Positions 18,660 through 29,339 of a stretch of DNA of 64,000 nucleotides are shown here, piece by piece. The notes under the pieces are model-generated. The model saw nothing but the letters and a program-made list of their open reading frames with translations. It did not search any database and was not told the DNA's origin. This DNA is from Trichormus sp. ATA11-4-KO1 (GTDB lineage: Bacteria > Cyanobacteriota > Cyanobacteriia > Cyanobacteriales > Nostocaceae): contig JAHHIM010000055.1 in the NCBI GenBank assembly GCA_019358915.1, positions 256,001 through 320,000 of the forward strand. The letters are read 5' to 3'. The stretch's first letter is position 1; each line of letters opens with the position of its first letter. Made by a program: the position numbers and the translations under genes.

Positions 18660-18931
18660 AATATCTTGAACTATTTGTACAAAGATCAGATTCAGGTTGG
18701 GGTGACACCTAAAGTAGAGATTTACCGGGAAGACAAGATTGTATTGTACCGTTTCCAGTCGGTTGTGAATTCGTTGAATATCCTATTCTTATCGTTTACG
18801 CTTTAGTCAACCGTCCCTATATTGTAGATTTACAGGAGGGGCGATCGCTAGTTGCTAATTTGCTCAAACTGGGGATGGATGTTTACTTAATTGATTGGGG
18901 ATATCCCAGTCATGATGATTGTTGTTTGACG
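18660..18931 (+). pseudogene. phaC: Class III PHA synthase PhaC remnant
   Basis: [22 protein letters not shown], frameshift near 18780, then [42 protein letters not shown]; truncated at both ends. Confidence 0.9.
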
Positions 18932-19062
18932 AATGAATTCTTTACAAGACTAAAACATGAGACTAGACTTTTAACTCATAATTCTATCTTTTGATTGAGT
19001 GACTCACCTAGATTATGAGTTAAATGAAAAGTATGAACTATGACTAACTAGTTGACTGGAAA

Positions 19063-19307
19063 TAAGTAGGTGGGTGGGAAATTTTATCGCTAGGATAAGG
19101 CAGAAGGCAGTCCCAATGAAACGAGTTTCACAGCCAAGTATGAAAGAGAGACTAGAAGCTAGAGACTAGAATTTTTACTCAGCACTCAGCACTCAGCACT
19201 CAGCACTTTCAAGTCAGAAGGCAGAAGGCAGGAGGCAGAAGGGAAGAGGGTTTTAAGCTGATTCATATTTCTTTACATAGTTGATTTTCTTTGTGCCTAC
19301 CTACTTA
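19063..19307. mobile_element. MITE-like element with a nested small repeat (19110-19214)
   Basis: Imperfect inverted termini TAAGTAGGTGGG / CCTACCTACTTA; internal GGCAGAA and CTCAGCA repeats. Confidence 0.65.
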
Positions 19308-19605
19308 ATTTATTGCTAATTAATAATTGGCAATTGTGTCATTCAAGATTTAAAACCTTTCCTTTCAAGGAGAAAAAAGAAAATAATTTTTTATTTATCA
19401 ACAGTTCGGCTTCGCTCACTGTTAACCCTGAGCGAAGCCGAAGGGTCAATCCGCTTCCCTTTAAGGGAGAGGTAATTGTCAACTGTCCATTATTAATTTT
19501 CCATTGTTGAAGTTAGTTTAAAAACAACATAGCTTTCATGCTAATTCAGCTAATAGTTAACTAGGATAATTTCAAGATTCACACAAATCAGGAGTACAAA
19601 AGAAT

Positions 19606-20085
19606 ATGGAAAGCATTAACAGGGCAAAAATGACAGAACGTTACTGTGCTTTGATTCTCGGTATCATCTTTCTGTCATTAGGTTTAGCTGGGTTTGTACC
19701 AGCCTTAGTTTCATTACCAGGGACGAACGAATCTTATGTACCCCTGGATATATCTCCTAATGCCTATGCTGCCGGCTTTGGCTATTTATTTGGTGTATTA
19801 CCTACCAACTTCTTACATAATTTTGTACGCTGTGCCGTAGGATTATTGGGTATTGCTTCCTATACCAATGCCAGCAGCGCCCGCCTATTCAATCGTAGTT
19901 TTGCGATCGCTTATACCTTGCTGGCAATCATGGGATTATTACCTTTTGCCAAGACATTTTTTGGCTTAATGCCACTCTTTGGTAATAATGTTTGGCTCAA
20001 TGCCCTATCAGCGATCGCTGCGGCTTACTATGGCATTGTCATACCGTCCAAAGTCATGGGTGTTAATGTATCACAAAATCTTTAA
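19606..20085 (+). CDS. DUF4383-like membrane protein
   Basis: GLAGFVP, GYLFGVLPTNFLHN, FGLMPLFGNNVWL; four TM segments. Confidence 0.8.
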   Translation: MESINRAKMTERYCALILGIIFLSLGLAGFVPALVSLPGTNESYVPLDISPNAYAAGFGYLFGVLPTNFLHNFVRCAVGLLGIASYTNASSARLFNRSFAIAYTLLAIMGLLPFAKTFFGLMPLFGNNVWLNALSAIAAAYYGIVIPSKVMGVNVSQNL

Positions 20086-20788
20086 TATCTCAAACAAGGC
20101 AACAACAAATAAATTGTTGCACTTGATGTATGACAGTTTTCTTGTGGGATGGGCGTCTCGCCCGTCCACAATTATTATGTCTATCAAACAATTTTAGTCT
20201 TGCCACGCCACTACAGTAATTTCGTTTTTACTTGATAAAGAACCTTTCTATTCAGTCTTATTATTTATGTTGAATAAATTCTTCTACTTGTGATTTTATG
20301 TGGCGTTGTTTTCTTATTTAGCTAATTATGCAAATTGCCAATCAGCTAAACTTTGAACATGCATTTTGCATAGTAAAATAGCTTGTGTATCAACAGATAC
20401 TAAACATTGCTGCTACTCAGCATTTAAACAGGCTTAAATCAGAATTTTTATGACAGTGTAAATGCTGTAAATAATAAACACATAACACTTAGTCACGACT
20501 GACTGAGAATAATTTTATTTTTCAGGCTTGGAATTTGTGTATGAAAAAATATGATTAATCGAATTCGTTGTTATCAAGACAGAATCGAATCTATTGAGGA
20601 ATTTAAGAGGCTAGGTTGCTAAAAGTACTTTTGGTAGCTTGCAATTGCAATGATTTATGATGTATTGTCATATATACTACTTTTTGCCAAAGAATTCACT
20701 ACGGTAGAAGCATAGATGCACTGAAGTTAGATAATTAATCTTATCAGCACAATTGATACAAGCACAAACCTAGATTTTTCTGTTATCA

Positions 20789-21541
20789 ATGTATACCAGT
20801 GAATCAATCAAGTACTCTACCAGAGCGGAAATCGGACAGACGAGCCGCATTCTCGTAGTAGAAGATGAAGAATTAATTCAAGAGATGCTAGCTGTAGCAT
20901 TGGAAGAAGAAGGTTTCGGGGTGATAACTGCTGCCGATGGGCGGTCAGCTGTAGAATATCTCAAAAGTTTTGAACTCAACTCAGGTGAGCCTCCTTTTGA
21001 CCTAATTATTCTTGATTTGATGCTACCTCATATTAATGGGTTAGATATCTGCCGCTTGCTACGTCATCAAGGAAACCCAGTACCAATATTAATCCTCAGT
21101 GCTAAAGGTAGTGAAACAGATCGCGTTTTGGGTTTAGAAGTAGGGGCAGATGACTACCTGACTAAACCCTTTAGTATGAGGGAATTAGTAGCTCGTTGTC
21201 GTGCCTTACTCCGTCGCCAACGCTTAAGCACTTTGCCACAACTCCCAGTACTCAAACACAAGGATGTCACTTTGAATCCCCAAGAGTGCCGTGTGCTGGT
21301 TCGTGGTCAAGAAGTGAATCTTTCCCCGAAAGAGTTTCGCCTGCTGGAACTATTTATGAGTTATGCTCGCCGGGTATGGTCACGGGAGCAATTGCTAGAT
21401 CAAGTTTGGGGGCCAGATTTTGTGGGAGATAGTAAAACTGTAGATGTTCATATCCGTTGGTTACGCGAAAAACTAGAGCAAGACCCTAGTCATCCAGAAT
21501 ACATTGTGACTGTCAGAGGTTTTGGCTATCGGTTCGGGTAA
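20789..21541 (+). CDS. sphR: Phosphate regulon response regulator SphR/PhoB (OmpR family)
   Basis: Receiver domain (VEDE, LDLMLP, KPF) plus winged helix TVDVHIRWLREK; next to phoR-like kinase and phoU. Confidence 0.92.
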   Translation: MYTSESIKYSTRAEIGQTSRILVVEDEELIQEMLAVALEEEGFGVITAADGRSAVEYLKSFELNSGEPPFDLIILDLMLPHINGLDICRLLRHQGNPVPILILSAKGSETDRVLGLEVGADDYLTKPFSMRELVARCRALLRRQRLSTLPQLPVLKHKDVTLNPQECRVLVRGQEVNLSPKEFRLLELFMSYARRVWSREQLLDQVWGPDFVGDSKTVDVHIRWLREKLEQDPSHPEYIVTVRGFGYRFG

Positions 21542-21600
21542 TCTGTTGAGATAGTTGTTAGTTTTTATTAATTACACAGCAACTAGCAACTCACACACGA

Positions 21601-22932
21601 ATGCTCTTATTGGGATTTTTTCTGGGTTTAGCGGTAGGTCTTGGGTTTTGGATTTGGCAACAGGTTCAACTAAACCATTACTTGGCGCGAGTACTCCAAC
21701 CGTTAACCTCTGGTTCTTCCAAGGTGGCGCTGCCGCTAATTTCTAGTTTGCAGCAGAAAATAGTCAAGGTAAAGCAGGAACGACAAGATTTGCAGCAGTC
21801 GTTGCAAACCTACCAAGACCTGCTAGATTTTGCACCACTGGGATATTTGCAGGTGGATGAAGAAAATCAACTGCTGTGGTGCAATCAGCAAGCGCGAGAG
21901 ATATTGTATCTGCAAAGATGGCAACCCGGACAAGTGCGCTTGCTGCTGGAGTTGGTGAGGTCTTATGAACTTGATCACTTAATTGAGCAAACTCGTGATT
22001 GGCAAAAATCACAGACTGTAGAGTGGTTGTTTCACCCCGCTTGTGATGATGTAGCACAAATGCCAAAGATAAAATCTTTGGCCTTGCGAGCTTCTAGTTT
22101 ACCCTTACCTAACGGACAGGTGGGAGTTTTTCTGGAAAATCGCCAACCACTGCTGGACATGAATCAAGAACGCGATCGCTCATTTTCTGATTTAGCTCAC
22201 GAGTTGAGAACCCCACTGACTTCAATTCGTCTGATTGTCGAAACTTTACAAAACCGCTTAGATCCACCTTTAAATCGCTGGGTTAACCGCCTGATGCAGG
22301 AAGTTGATCGGCTGATTAATTTAGTGCAAAGCTGGTTGGAACTCACCCAAATGGAAGCCAACCCCACCATGCAACTACATCTTGAAGTGGTGGAAGTGCG
22401 ATCGCTGATTACATGTGTTTGGGAAACATTAGAACCATTAACACAAAGGCAGCATCTGTCTTTATCTTATTCTGGCCCAGAAAATCTCTGGATTAAGGCA
22501 GATCCAGCCCGCATTTACCAAGTTTTTCTCAATTTACTGGATAACAGCATCAAATACAGTCCTCCTGGTACCAGCATTCACGTCCAAGCGAATATCTTAT
22601 CCACACAAGATACTCAGGGTAGTGATGGTGCTAGCCCAGTTTTAGAAATAAATCTTATTGATTCTGGAGTAGGTTTTTCAAAAACAGATTTGCCCCATAT
22701 TTTTGAGCGATTTTACCGGGGAGATAAAGCAAGAACTCATTCCCCTCTGCCAGATCATAAGTCTACAGGGGCAATAGTCGGTAATGGTTTGGGTTTGGCG
22801 ATCGTCCGGCAAATCATTGTTGCTCACGGTGGTTCAATCAAAGCCATGAACCATCCAGAAACTGGTGGTGCTTGGATGCAACTTCAACTACCTGAGGTTA
22901 TGGCAAACTCCCAAAGCCAAGATTATAGTTAA
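21601..22932 (+). CDS. sphS: Phosphate sensor histidine kinase SphS/PhoR
   Basis: N-terminal TM, PAS-like region, AHELRTPLT H-box, N/G1/F/G2 boxes. Confidence 0.92.
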   Translation: MLLLGFFLGLAVGLGFWIWQQVQLNHYLARVLQPLTSGSSKVALPLISSLQQKIVKVKQERQDLQQSLQTYQDLLDFAPLGYLQVDEENQLLWCNQQAREILYLQRWQPGQVRLLLELVRSYELDHLIEQTRDWQKSQTVEWLFHPACDDVAQMPKIKSLALRASSLPLPNGQVGVFLENRQPLLDMNQERDRSFSDLAHELRTPLTSIRLIVETLQNRLDPPLNRWVNRLMQEVDRLINLVQSWLELTQMEANPTMQLHLEVVEVRSLITCVWETLEPLTQRQHLSLSYSGPENLWIKADPARIYQVFLNLLDNSIKYSPPGTSIHVQANILSTQDTQGSDGASPVLEINLIDSGVGFSKTDLPHIFERFYRGDKARTHSPLPDHKSTGAIVGNGLGLAIVRQIIVAHGGSIKAMNHPETGGAWMQLQLPEVMANSQSQDYS

Positions 22933-22960
22933 GAATATCTTCACGTTTGAGACCACAAGT

Positions 22961-23635
22961 GTGAAAGCTGCCCTTGATGATCCCCATTTCCATCCCAAAA
23001 GTCCCCAGTTGGCACGCGCCATTAGGCGCTTAGAACGGGATGTCTTACGCATGGGAGCTTTGGTGGAACAATCTTTTCGCCTCAGCCACCAAGCGCTATT
23101 TGCCCGTAATTTGACAGCAGCTGAGGAACTTCCCCGATTAGATAAAAAAATTGATCGCTTTTATCGACAAATAGAATCAGACTGTACGGCAATCATGACA
23201 CTGCAAGCACCTACGGCTCAAGATTTGCGCTGCTTGAGTGCTTTTATGCAGTTGGTGCGGGACTTAGAGCGTATTGGAGATTACGCTGAAGATTTAGCGG
23301 AAATTGCTATTAAAATATTTCCTTATCCGCCTCATACTTCTTTACCAGAAATTGAACACATGTCCCACCATGCACAAGCAATGTTAGCGACTAGCTTAAA
23401 AGCTTTGGCAGATTTGGATGAAATTGGTGGGCGAGGTCTAAAGCACCTAGATGATGTTGTAGATAGTGCCTACGATCGCGTTTATCAGACTTTAGCCCAA
23501 CAACGCGATGTCCCTGGGGTAGTTGAACCAATTTTGTTGTTAGCACTAGTAATTCGTTGTCTGGAACGGATGGCAGATCATGCCACTAATATCGGTCAAA
23601 GAGTAGCATACATTGTCACCGGTCAACGTACTTAG
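22961..23635 (+). CDS. phoU: Phosphate signalling protein PhoU (SphU)
   Basis: Twin repeats DLERIGDYA and LERMADHATNI; in-frame GTG at 22961 avoids overlap with sphS. Confidence 0.95.
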   Translation: MKAALDDPHFHPKSPQLARAIRRLERDVLRMGALVEQSFRLSHQALFARNLTAAEELPRLDKKIDRFYRQIESDCTAIMTLQAPTAQDLRCLSAFMQLVRDLERIGDYAEDLAEIAIKIFPYPPHTSLPEIEHMSHHAQAMLATSLKALADLDEIGGRGLKHLDDVVDSAYDRVYQTLAQQRDVPGVVEPILLLALVIRCLERMADHATNIGQRVAYIVTGQRT

Positions 23636-23658
23636 TTAACTCTTAAGGATGAGGAATT

Positions 23659-23697
23659 GAGGATTGGTAATTTACCCACTTACCAATCCTCTTTTTT
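23659..23697 (+). terminator. Intrinsic terminator after phoU
   Basis: GAGGATTGGTAA/TTACCAATCCTC stem followed by a T run. Confidence 0.8.
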
Positions 23698-23874
23698 GTC
23701 TGTTTATTTTTTATATAAAAAAATCTCATTACTTATAGCAATTGCCACATAGCTGAGGACATAAACCAAGCATCAAACCCAGACACTAAAGGATTTCCAG
23801 AACTATCCCCTATCCCCTGCTATCAATATTGTTTGCCAAAATACAAAAATTAAAAATTTGTTAACTAACATACA

Positions 23875-23904
23875 CTTCACTAAATGATTACCTTTTCTTA
23901 AACT
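23875..23904 (+). promoter_or_regulatory. Possible Pho box upstream of phoX
   Basis: Degenerate CTTAACCT-like units at 11-bp spacing: CTTCACTA, GATTACCT, CTTAAACT. Confidence 0.3.
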
Positions 23905-23982
23905 TGCACGACTACAGTAATCACATACAGTATTTATACTGTTTTTTATTTTACAAATGATGATTCTCGTGTAATCAAATTA

Positions 23983-26196
23983 ATGAGTATCGCACGCCGG
24001 GATTTCTTACTGTTGATTGGGGGTAGCACAAGTGCATTAGCACTGGGTTCTCTTACAAGTTGTGAGCAAAATACTACAACGCAGCAAGTAAGTACATCAT
24101 CAATTGCGGAAATAAAATTTTCTTTTCAACCTATTAAAGGGCCAATTCCCTTAGAAACAGCAGGTTTTTTACCAGAACAACAGCAAGCAGAATACAGTAC
24201 CTATGAAGTGGTAGATGATTTGGTACTACCAGCAGGCTTTCAATATCAAGTGATTGCGGCTTGGGGTGATCAAGTAGGTGATGCTCGTTTTGGTTATAAC
24301 AACGATTACTTGTCTTTTGTGCCCACGACAGAGAACAATGCATATCTCTCAGTTAATTTTGAATATATCAGTGCCATCCCCTGGATGCAAACTTATGAGC
24401 AAGTAATGGGGAAATCACTGCCCTTTGCAGCCGTAAAAGCTGCCTTAAAAGCACAATCATCAGGGAAAGCAGAAATAAATGCTTATGCTTTGCCAGATAG
24501 CGACCCTATCAAAGCCCAAATTCGCGAAATTTGTGAACAAGCGCTGTTAGATCAAGGATTGGGTGTAATATCAATTCGCCAAACAGGTAATGGCAAGTGG
24601 GAGCGAACCAATTCCCCAAATGATCGGCGGATTAGTGGTATTTCTGGCTTGGAAGATGGACGGTATTTAAAAGCAACAGGCCCTGCTGTCGCCGTATTTC
24701 GCAAACAGCAGGGACAAGGATATATTGACCAGCTAGGCGATCGCATCATTGGTACTTTTGCTAACTGCGCTGGGGGAACAACACCTTGGGGTACAGTTCT
24801 GAGTGCAGAAGAAAACTTTCAAGCACAAGTCGCAGAACCTGTGTATGCTGATGGTACTTCTTTTGACCCCAGTCACCGGGCGTTTGCTTTGGATGACGAA
24901 GAATTTTATGGACAAGGGAATGTTTTTGGTTTAGCTGGTAATAAATATGGCTGGATTGTGGAAGTTGATCCAGCTAACCCCCAGGACTATGGTACAAAAC
25001 ATACCTGGATGGGACGTTATCGCCACGAAGCCGTAGGTGTGCGGGTAGAAACCGGGAAACCACTAGCATTTTATTCGGGATGCGATCGCCGGGGAGGTCA
25101 TGTCTACAAATTTGTCAGCCGCGATCGGGTAACTGACCCCAAAGACAAAGCTAACTCCCAGCTATTGCAACAGGGGATGCTTTATGCTGCCAAATTTAAC
25201 TCTGATGGTACTGGTCGCTGGATACCACTAAAAGCAGACACACCCATTGATCCAGATATTCCTAGCAATATTGCGGGGAATGTTATCAGGCTACCCATCG
25301 GCCCCAAAGTCCAACCATCAGAACCGATGAACAATGGTTATCTTTCCGTTACCAATGATCAGGAAATTACACAGTTTAAACAAAAATATCAACAGCTCGG
25401 TGAACTTTACATCGGCAATCCCGCAGAAAAACAAGGTGCAATTTTAATTGATGCACACTATGCCGCTAATACTGTTGGCGCCACCTGCACAGCACGTCCA
25501 GAAGACACAGTAATTGCTACTAATGGGGATCTCTACATTGCCTTTACCTCTGGTTTTCCTGATCAAGCAGGAGGCCCTGATCTGCGGGTATTTAAAAGTC
25601 CCCAAGGTGAAGCACCTTATGAGTATGGTTGGATCATGCGCTTAAGCGAAGATAATAATGATCCATCTGCGAGTACTTTTCGTTGGCAAATGCTAGCTAC
25701 AGGAGGTGAACCAGCAGCAGGTGGTATGGGTTTTGCTAACCCAGATAATTTATTGCTAGATGCTCAAGCAAATTTATGGATGGTAACAGATATTTCTACG
25801 ACAAAACTCAACAATTCCGTAAAAAATCGCACTAATGACCAAGGTAAAGCAGTAAATCTATCTGGATTATTTGGTAACAATGCCATTTGGTTTCTTCCCA
25901 CCCGTGGCGCAGATGTAGGTAAAGCTTTTTTGTTTGGTATTGGGCCTATGGAATGTGAAACCACTGGCCCTTACTTGACCCCCGACCAAAAAACAATGTT
26001 TCTGTCGATACAACACCCAGGAGAAACCAATGGTATGAGGAAAAATCAAGCAACAGAAGTTAAAGAATTTTTAGTTACTAACACCTTAGGTGAAGAATTT
26101 TGGCAAATCCGTCAAGTCCCCATTGGTTCTAATTGGCCTAGTAAAACTCCCAATGCTCCACCTAAGCCAGGAGTGGTTGCTGTTATGAAACTTTGA
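23983..26196 (+). CDS. phoX: PhoX family alkaline phosphatase, predicted Tat lipoprotein
   Basis: RRDFL Tat motif with lipobox-like LTSC; NCAGGTTPWGTVLSAEEN, GRYRHEA, NPDNL, IQHPGE. Confidence 0.93.
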   Translation: MSIARRDFLLLIGGSTSALALGSLTSCEQNTTTQQVSTSSIAEIKFSFQPIKGPIPLETAGFLPEQQQAEYSTYEVVDDLVLPAGFQYQVIAAWGDQVGDARFGYNNDYLSFVPTTENNAYLSVNFEYISAIPWMQTYEQVMGKSLPFAAVKAALKAQSSGKAEINAYALPDSDPIKAQIREICEQALLDQGLGVISIRQTGNGKWERTNSPNDRRISGISGLEDGRYLKATGPAVAVFRKQQGQGYIDQLGDRIIGTFANCAGGTTPWGTVLSAEENFQAQVAEPVYADGTSFDPSHRAFALDDEEFYGQGNVFGLAGNKYGWIVEVDPANPQDYGTKHTWMGRYRHEAVGVRVETGKPLAFYSGCDRRGGHVYKFVSRDRVTDPKDKANSQLLQQGMLYAAKFNSDGTGRWIPLKADTPIDPDIPSNIAGNVIRLPIGPKVQPSEPMNNGYLSVTNDQEITQFKQKYQQLGELYIGNPAEKQGAILIDAHYAANTVGATCTARPEDTVIATNGDLYIAFTSGFPDQAGGPDLRVFKSPQGEAPYEYGWIMRLSEDNNDPSASTFRWQMLATGGEPAAGGMGFANPDNLLLDAQANLWMVTDISTTKLNNSVKNRTNDQGKAVNLSGLFGNNAIWFLPTRGADVGKAFLFGIGPMECETTGPYLTPDQKTMFLSIQHPGETNGMRKNQATEVKEFLVTNTLGEEFWQIRQVPIGSNWPSKTPNAPPKPGVVAVMKL

Positions 26197-26446
26197 TTAA
26201 ATTTAAACCTTAATAGACAAATTGAATATATATTCAAAATATTTTTTAAATGCAAAGTACCAAATTTATGGAAAAATGTATTATGTTGAAAACTATATAT
26301 TATCAAGATAATTATGTAAATTTCTGTACTTAGTAAAGTCAAATTTAATGATTTTTACCTGAAATTTTCCATTGATCAATTAACCATAATTATTTTCGGT
26401 AACATCAAAAGAATCCAGCATTTCAAATCCTACAAACACTTGCATA

Positions 26447-27061
26447 ATGTCTTCTACCAGTCTTACACCAAACTTGCCTGATATATCAAATCACTCCACA
26501 TTGAGTGAACAATTACCTCAACATTTATTTACCCGTAGGGAAGTAATTCCGCTCCATAATGATATACTTTGGCGGATTGAGCGCGGAGCAGTTCGTACCT
26601 TAACCTGGAGTGAAGATGGGACTTTTATTACTCTGGGTTATTGGGGAATTGGTGATCTGATTGGGTATCCCTTATCCAAAGTTAAACCTTACCAAATTGA
26701 ATGTCTTACAAGCGTGGAAGCAAGCATTATACCATCTCATTTATGGTATATAGATATTAATGCCTTTTTGTCTCATATTCAACATTCGGAAGAGCTGTTA
26801 AGCATTGTCCATCTTAAACCAATGTCACTACGTTTGGAGAAATTTTTGCTGTGGTTAAGCGAGAAATTCGGACGTGATGTAGAACAGGGTAAGTTGATTG
26901 ATTTGAACATCACGCACCAGGAAATATCTGAAGTTTTAAATACAACTCGCGTGACAGTAACAAGGCTATTACAGCAATTTGAAGAACAAGGTTCTTTGTT
27001 GCGTTACAAACGTAGGATTATTCTGCGTTCACCAAATAAAATAACCAAAAATCTGGTTTAA
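26447..27061 (+). CDS. Crp/Fnr family transcriptional regulator
   Basis: LWRIERGAVRT, HTH ITHQEISEVLNTTRVTVTRLL. Confidence 0.93.
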   Translation: MSSTSLTPNLPDISNHSTLSEQLPQHLFTRREVIPLHNDILWRIERGAVRTLTWSEDGTFITLGYWGIGDLIGYPLSKVKPYQIECLTSVEASIIPSHLWYIDINAFLSHIQHSEELLSIVHLKPMSLRLEKFLLWLSEKFGRDVEQGKLIDLNITHQEISEVLNTTRVTVTRLLQQFEEQGSLLRYKRRIILRSPNKITKNLV

Positions 27062-27187
27062 AAAAATGTTCATTGACTTGTGCCAAGCAACATATATCTG
27101 GTATATTCATTACTGAGAATATGAGTAAATTCTCTTAACAAAGTGAGAATTTATCCAATTAGTTGGTGTGAGTGAAAGCAAAAAGTT

Positions 27188-28792
27188 ATGACAAACCTAC
27201 TCTGGAATGTGCTGAAAGTCAGCCCAGTTATTGCTGCAACATTCTTGACTGCTAACAGTGCCTTGGCTGCTGAAGTTAATGAACAAGTGACAAATGAGCC
27301 GGTAACAAACGTTTCTCAGTTGTCTCAAGAAACCAACAACATCGGTCAGGTAACATCTGTTTCTCAATTTTCTGATGTGCAGCCTACAGATTGGGCATTC
27401 CAAGCATTGCAATCTTTAGTTGAGCGTTACGGTTGTGTTGCAGGTTATCCCAACAGCACATATCGTGGTAACCGCGCTTTAACTCGCTATGAATTTGCCG
27501 CAGGTTTGAATGCTTGTTTAGACCGAGTTAATGAACTGATTGCCACAGCAACCGCCGATGTAATTACCAGACAAGACCTGGCTACATTGCAGCGCTTGCA
27601 AGAAGAATTTTCTGCTGAATTAGCAACCCTACGTGGTCGTGTAGATTCCCTAGAAGCTCGGACTGCGGAATTAGAAGCCAATCAATTCTCCACCACCACC
27701 AAGTTGAAGGGTGAGGCTATCTTTGCTCTAGCTAATGCTTTTGGTGATGAAAGAGCAGGCGGTGGCGACCTTGGAGACAACACTATTTTTGCTTACCGAG
27801 CGCGTCTGAATTTTGAAAGCAGCTTTACAGGCAAAGATAAATTGCAGATTCGTTTGCAAGACCGTAACATTACCCAGTTAGACGGCCCTATCACTGGTAC
27901 TAGCATGACCCGGTTGGGCTTCGACGGTAGCAGCAGTAGAGGCGTTGAAGTTAGTAAAGTCAACTACGAATTTAATCTGAGTGACGCGCTCCGAGTTAAG
28001 GTTGATGCTTTTGGTGCTGAGATATGGAATAACACTAATGTGTTTAACCCAAACTTCAGTAGTAGTGGTTCAGGTGCTATCTCTCGCTACGGTCGTTTCA
28101 GCCCAATTTATCGGGCATCATCTCCTGGTGGTGCTGGTTTAACTGTGACATTGAATCCCGGAGGACCTATTAGCTTCACAGGGGCTTATATGGCTCCCAG
28201 AGCTAATAACCCCGAAGATGATAATGGTCTGTTTGATGGCGCCAACGCATTCTTCGGTCAAATAGACTTCAAACCTAGCCAAGCTTTAAACTTAGGTTTT
28301 ACCTACTCTCGCACTTATCAGAACCCTGCCAACGGTGTAAACTTGTTCGGTAGTCAAGGTAGTGCTATTGCCAATAGACCTTTTGGTAACACTGCTACCA
28401 CAGCTAATAATTACAGTATTCAAGCTAACTTCCGACCCAGTCCTAGGATTGGGATTGGCGGTTGGGTAGGTTATACTGACGCTAGCGCGGAAACTGGTGG
28501 TGGCGGAAATGCAGATATTTGGTACTGGGCCGCTAACCTAGGTATTAGAGATTTTGGTAGAGAGGGCAACTTACTAGGTGTAATCTTTGGACAACCACCA
28601 AGAGCAGCAGGTGGTAGTGGACTTGCTGCTGTTGATAGTGACACCTCTTATCACTTAGAAGGACTCTACAGGATGCGCCTAACTGATAATATAGCCATCA
28701 CTCCTGGTTTGTTAGTGATTTTCAACCCTGAACACAACGATAATAACGACACCATCTACGTAGGTACACTACGTACTACTTTCAGTTTCTAA
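27188..28792 (+). CDS. SLH-domain cyanobacterial outer-membrane porin (Som/OprB type)
   Basis: TSVSQFSDVQPTDWAFQALQSLVERYGC SLH domain, FSTTTKL, terminal RTTFSF. Confidence 0.95.
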   Translation: MTNLLWNVLKVSPVIAATFLTANSALAAEVNEQVTNEPVTNVSQLSQETNNIGQVTSVSQFSDVQPTDWAFQALQSLVERYGCVAGYPNSTYRGNRALTRYEFAAGLNACLDRVNELIATATADVITRQDLATLQRLQEEFSAELATLRGRVDSLEARTAELEANQFSTTTKLKGEAIFALANAFGDERAGGGDLGDNTIFAYRARLNFESSFTGKDKLQIRLQDRNITQLDGPITGTSMTRLGFDGSSSRGVEVSKVNYEFNLSDALRVKVDAFGAEIWNNTNVFNPNFSSSGSGAISRYGRFSPIYRASSPGGAGLTVTLNPGGPISFTGAYMAPRANNPEDDNGLFDGANAFFGQIDFKPSQALNLGFTYSRTYQNPANGVNLFGSQGSAIANRPFGNTATTANNYSIQANFRPSPRIGIGGWVGYTDASAETGGGGNADIWYWAANLGIRDFGREGNLLGVIFGQPPRAAGGSGLAAVDSDTSYHLEGLYRMRLTDNIAITPGLLVIFNPEHNDNNDTIYVGTLRTTFSF

Positions 28793-28822
28793 AACTGGTT
28801 TTGGGTTAGAGGTTAATTAGAT

Positions 28823-28856
28823 AATTAAAAGCCCGCTTAAAAGCGGGCTTTTAATT
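28823..28856. terminator. Bidirectional terminator
   Basis: AATTAAAAGCCCGCTT/AAGCGGGCTTTTAATT perfect inverted repeat between convergent genes. Confidence 0.9.
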
Positions 28857-29116
28857 TATGTGGGATGACAATCTCGCTGATTAGGGATATCTGCTGGTGG
28901 ACGATCGCTACTCCACGCCCACCAAACATGACCACACTGACAATTGTAAAATTCCTGCCATTTGCGACGATGGTCTTCTGTAATTACAGGCGATCGCCGA
29001 TTGATCCAAACTTGTAGAGCTTCGAGGCTACTGGCGTGACAACTAGGACAGCAAAACTTATAGGCATGAATTGCCTGATTCGTCCATTTAGGCGGGATGG
29101 GTGCAAAAGCGTCCAT
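28856..29116 (-). CDS. Small hypothetical Zn-ribbon-like protein
   Basis: CPSC...CQCGHVWWAWS. Confidence 0.75.
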   Translation of the reverse strand: MDAFAPIPPKWTNQAIHAYKFCCPSCHASSLEALQVWINRRSPVITEDHRRKWQEFYNCQCGHVWWAWSSDRPPADIPNQRDCHPT

Positions 29117-29339
29117 GTAATATTAATTCTTAGTTCGTAATTAAGAAGTTAAGGCTAATAACTAATGTTGTTTTATCTACCATCTCATGATAATGGAATA
29201 TACTCAACGCTTGGGAGAAGTTGATTTGTGTTTTGAAACGCAAAGTTGCGCTAAGTCTGAGTACAGAATTTTCGGGATGATTTTATGGTTTTTATAGTTG
29301 ATAACTGTATATTCTAATTACGAATTACGAATTATTCTC

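Noticed and set aside
22865..22960. Upstream extension of phoU
   Set aside because: Overlaps the sphS 3' end; the GTG at 22961 gives a typical PhoU length
26196..26390. Pho boxes upstream of the Crp gene
   Set aside because: TTAA-like units lack a consistent 11-bp spacing in very AT-rich DNA
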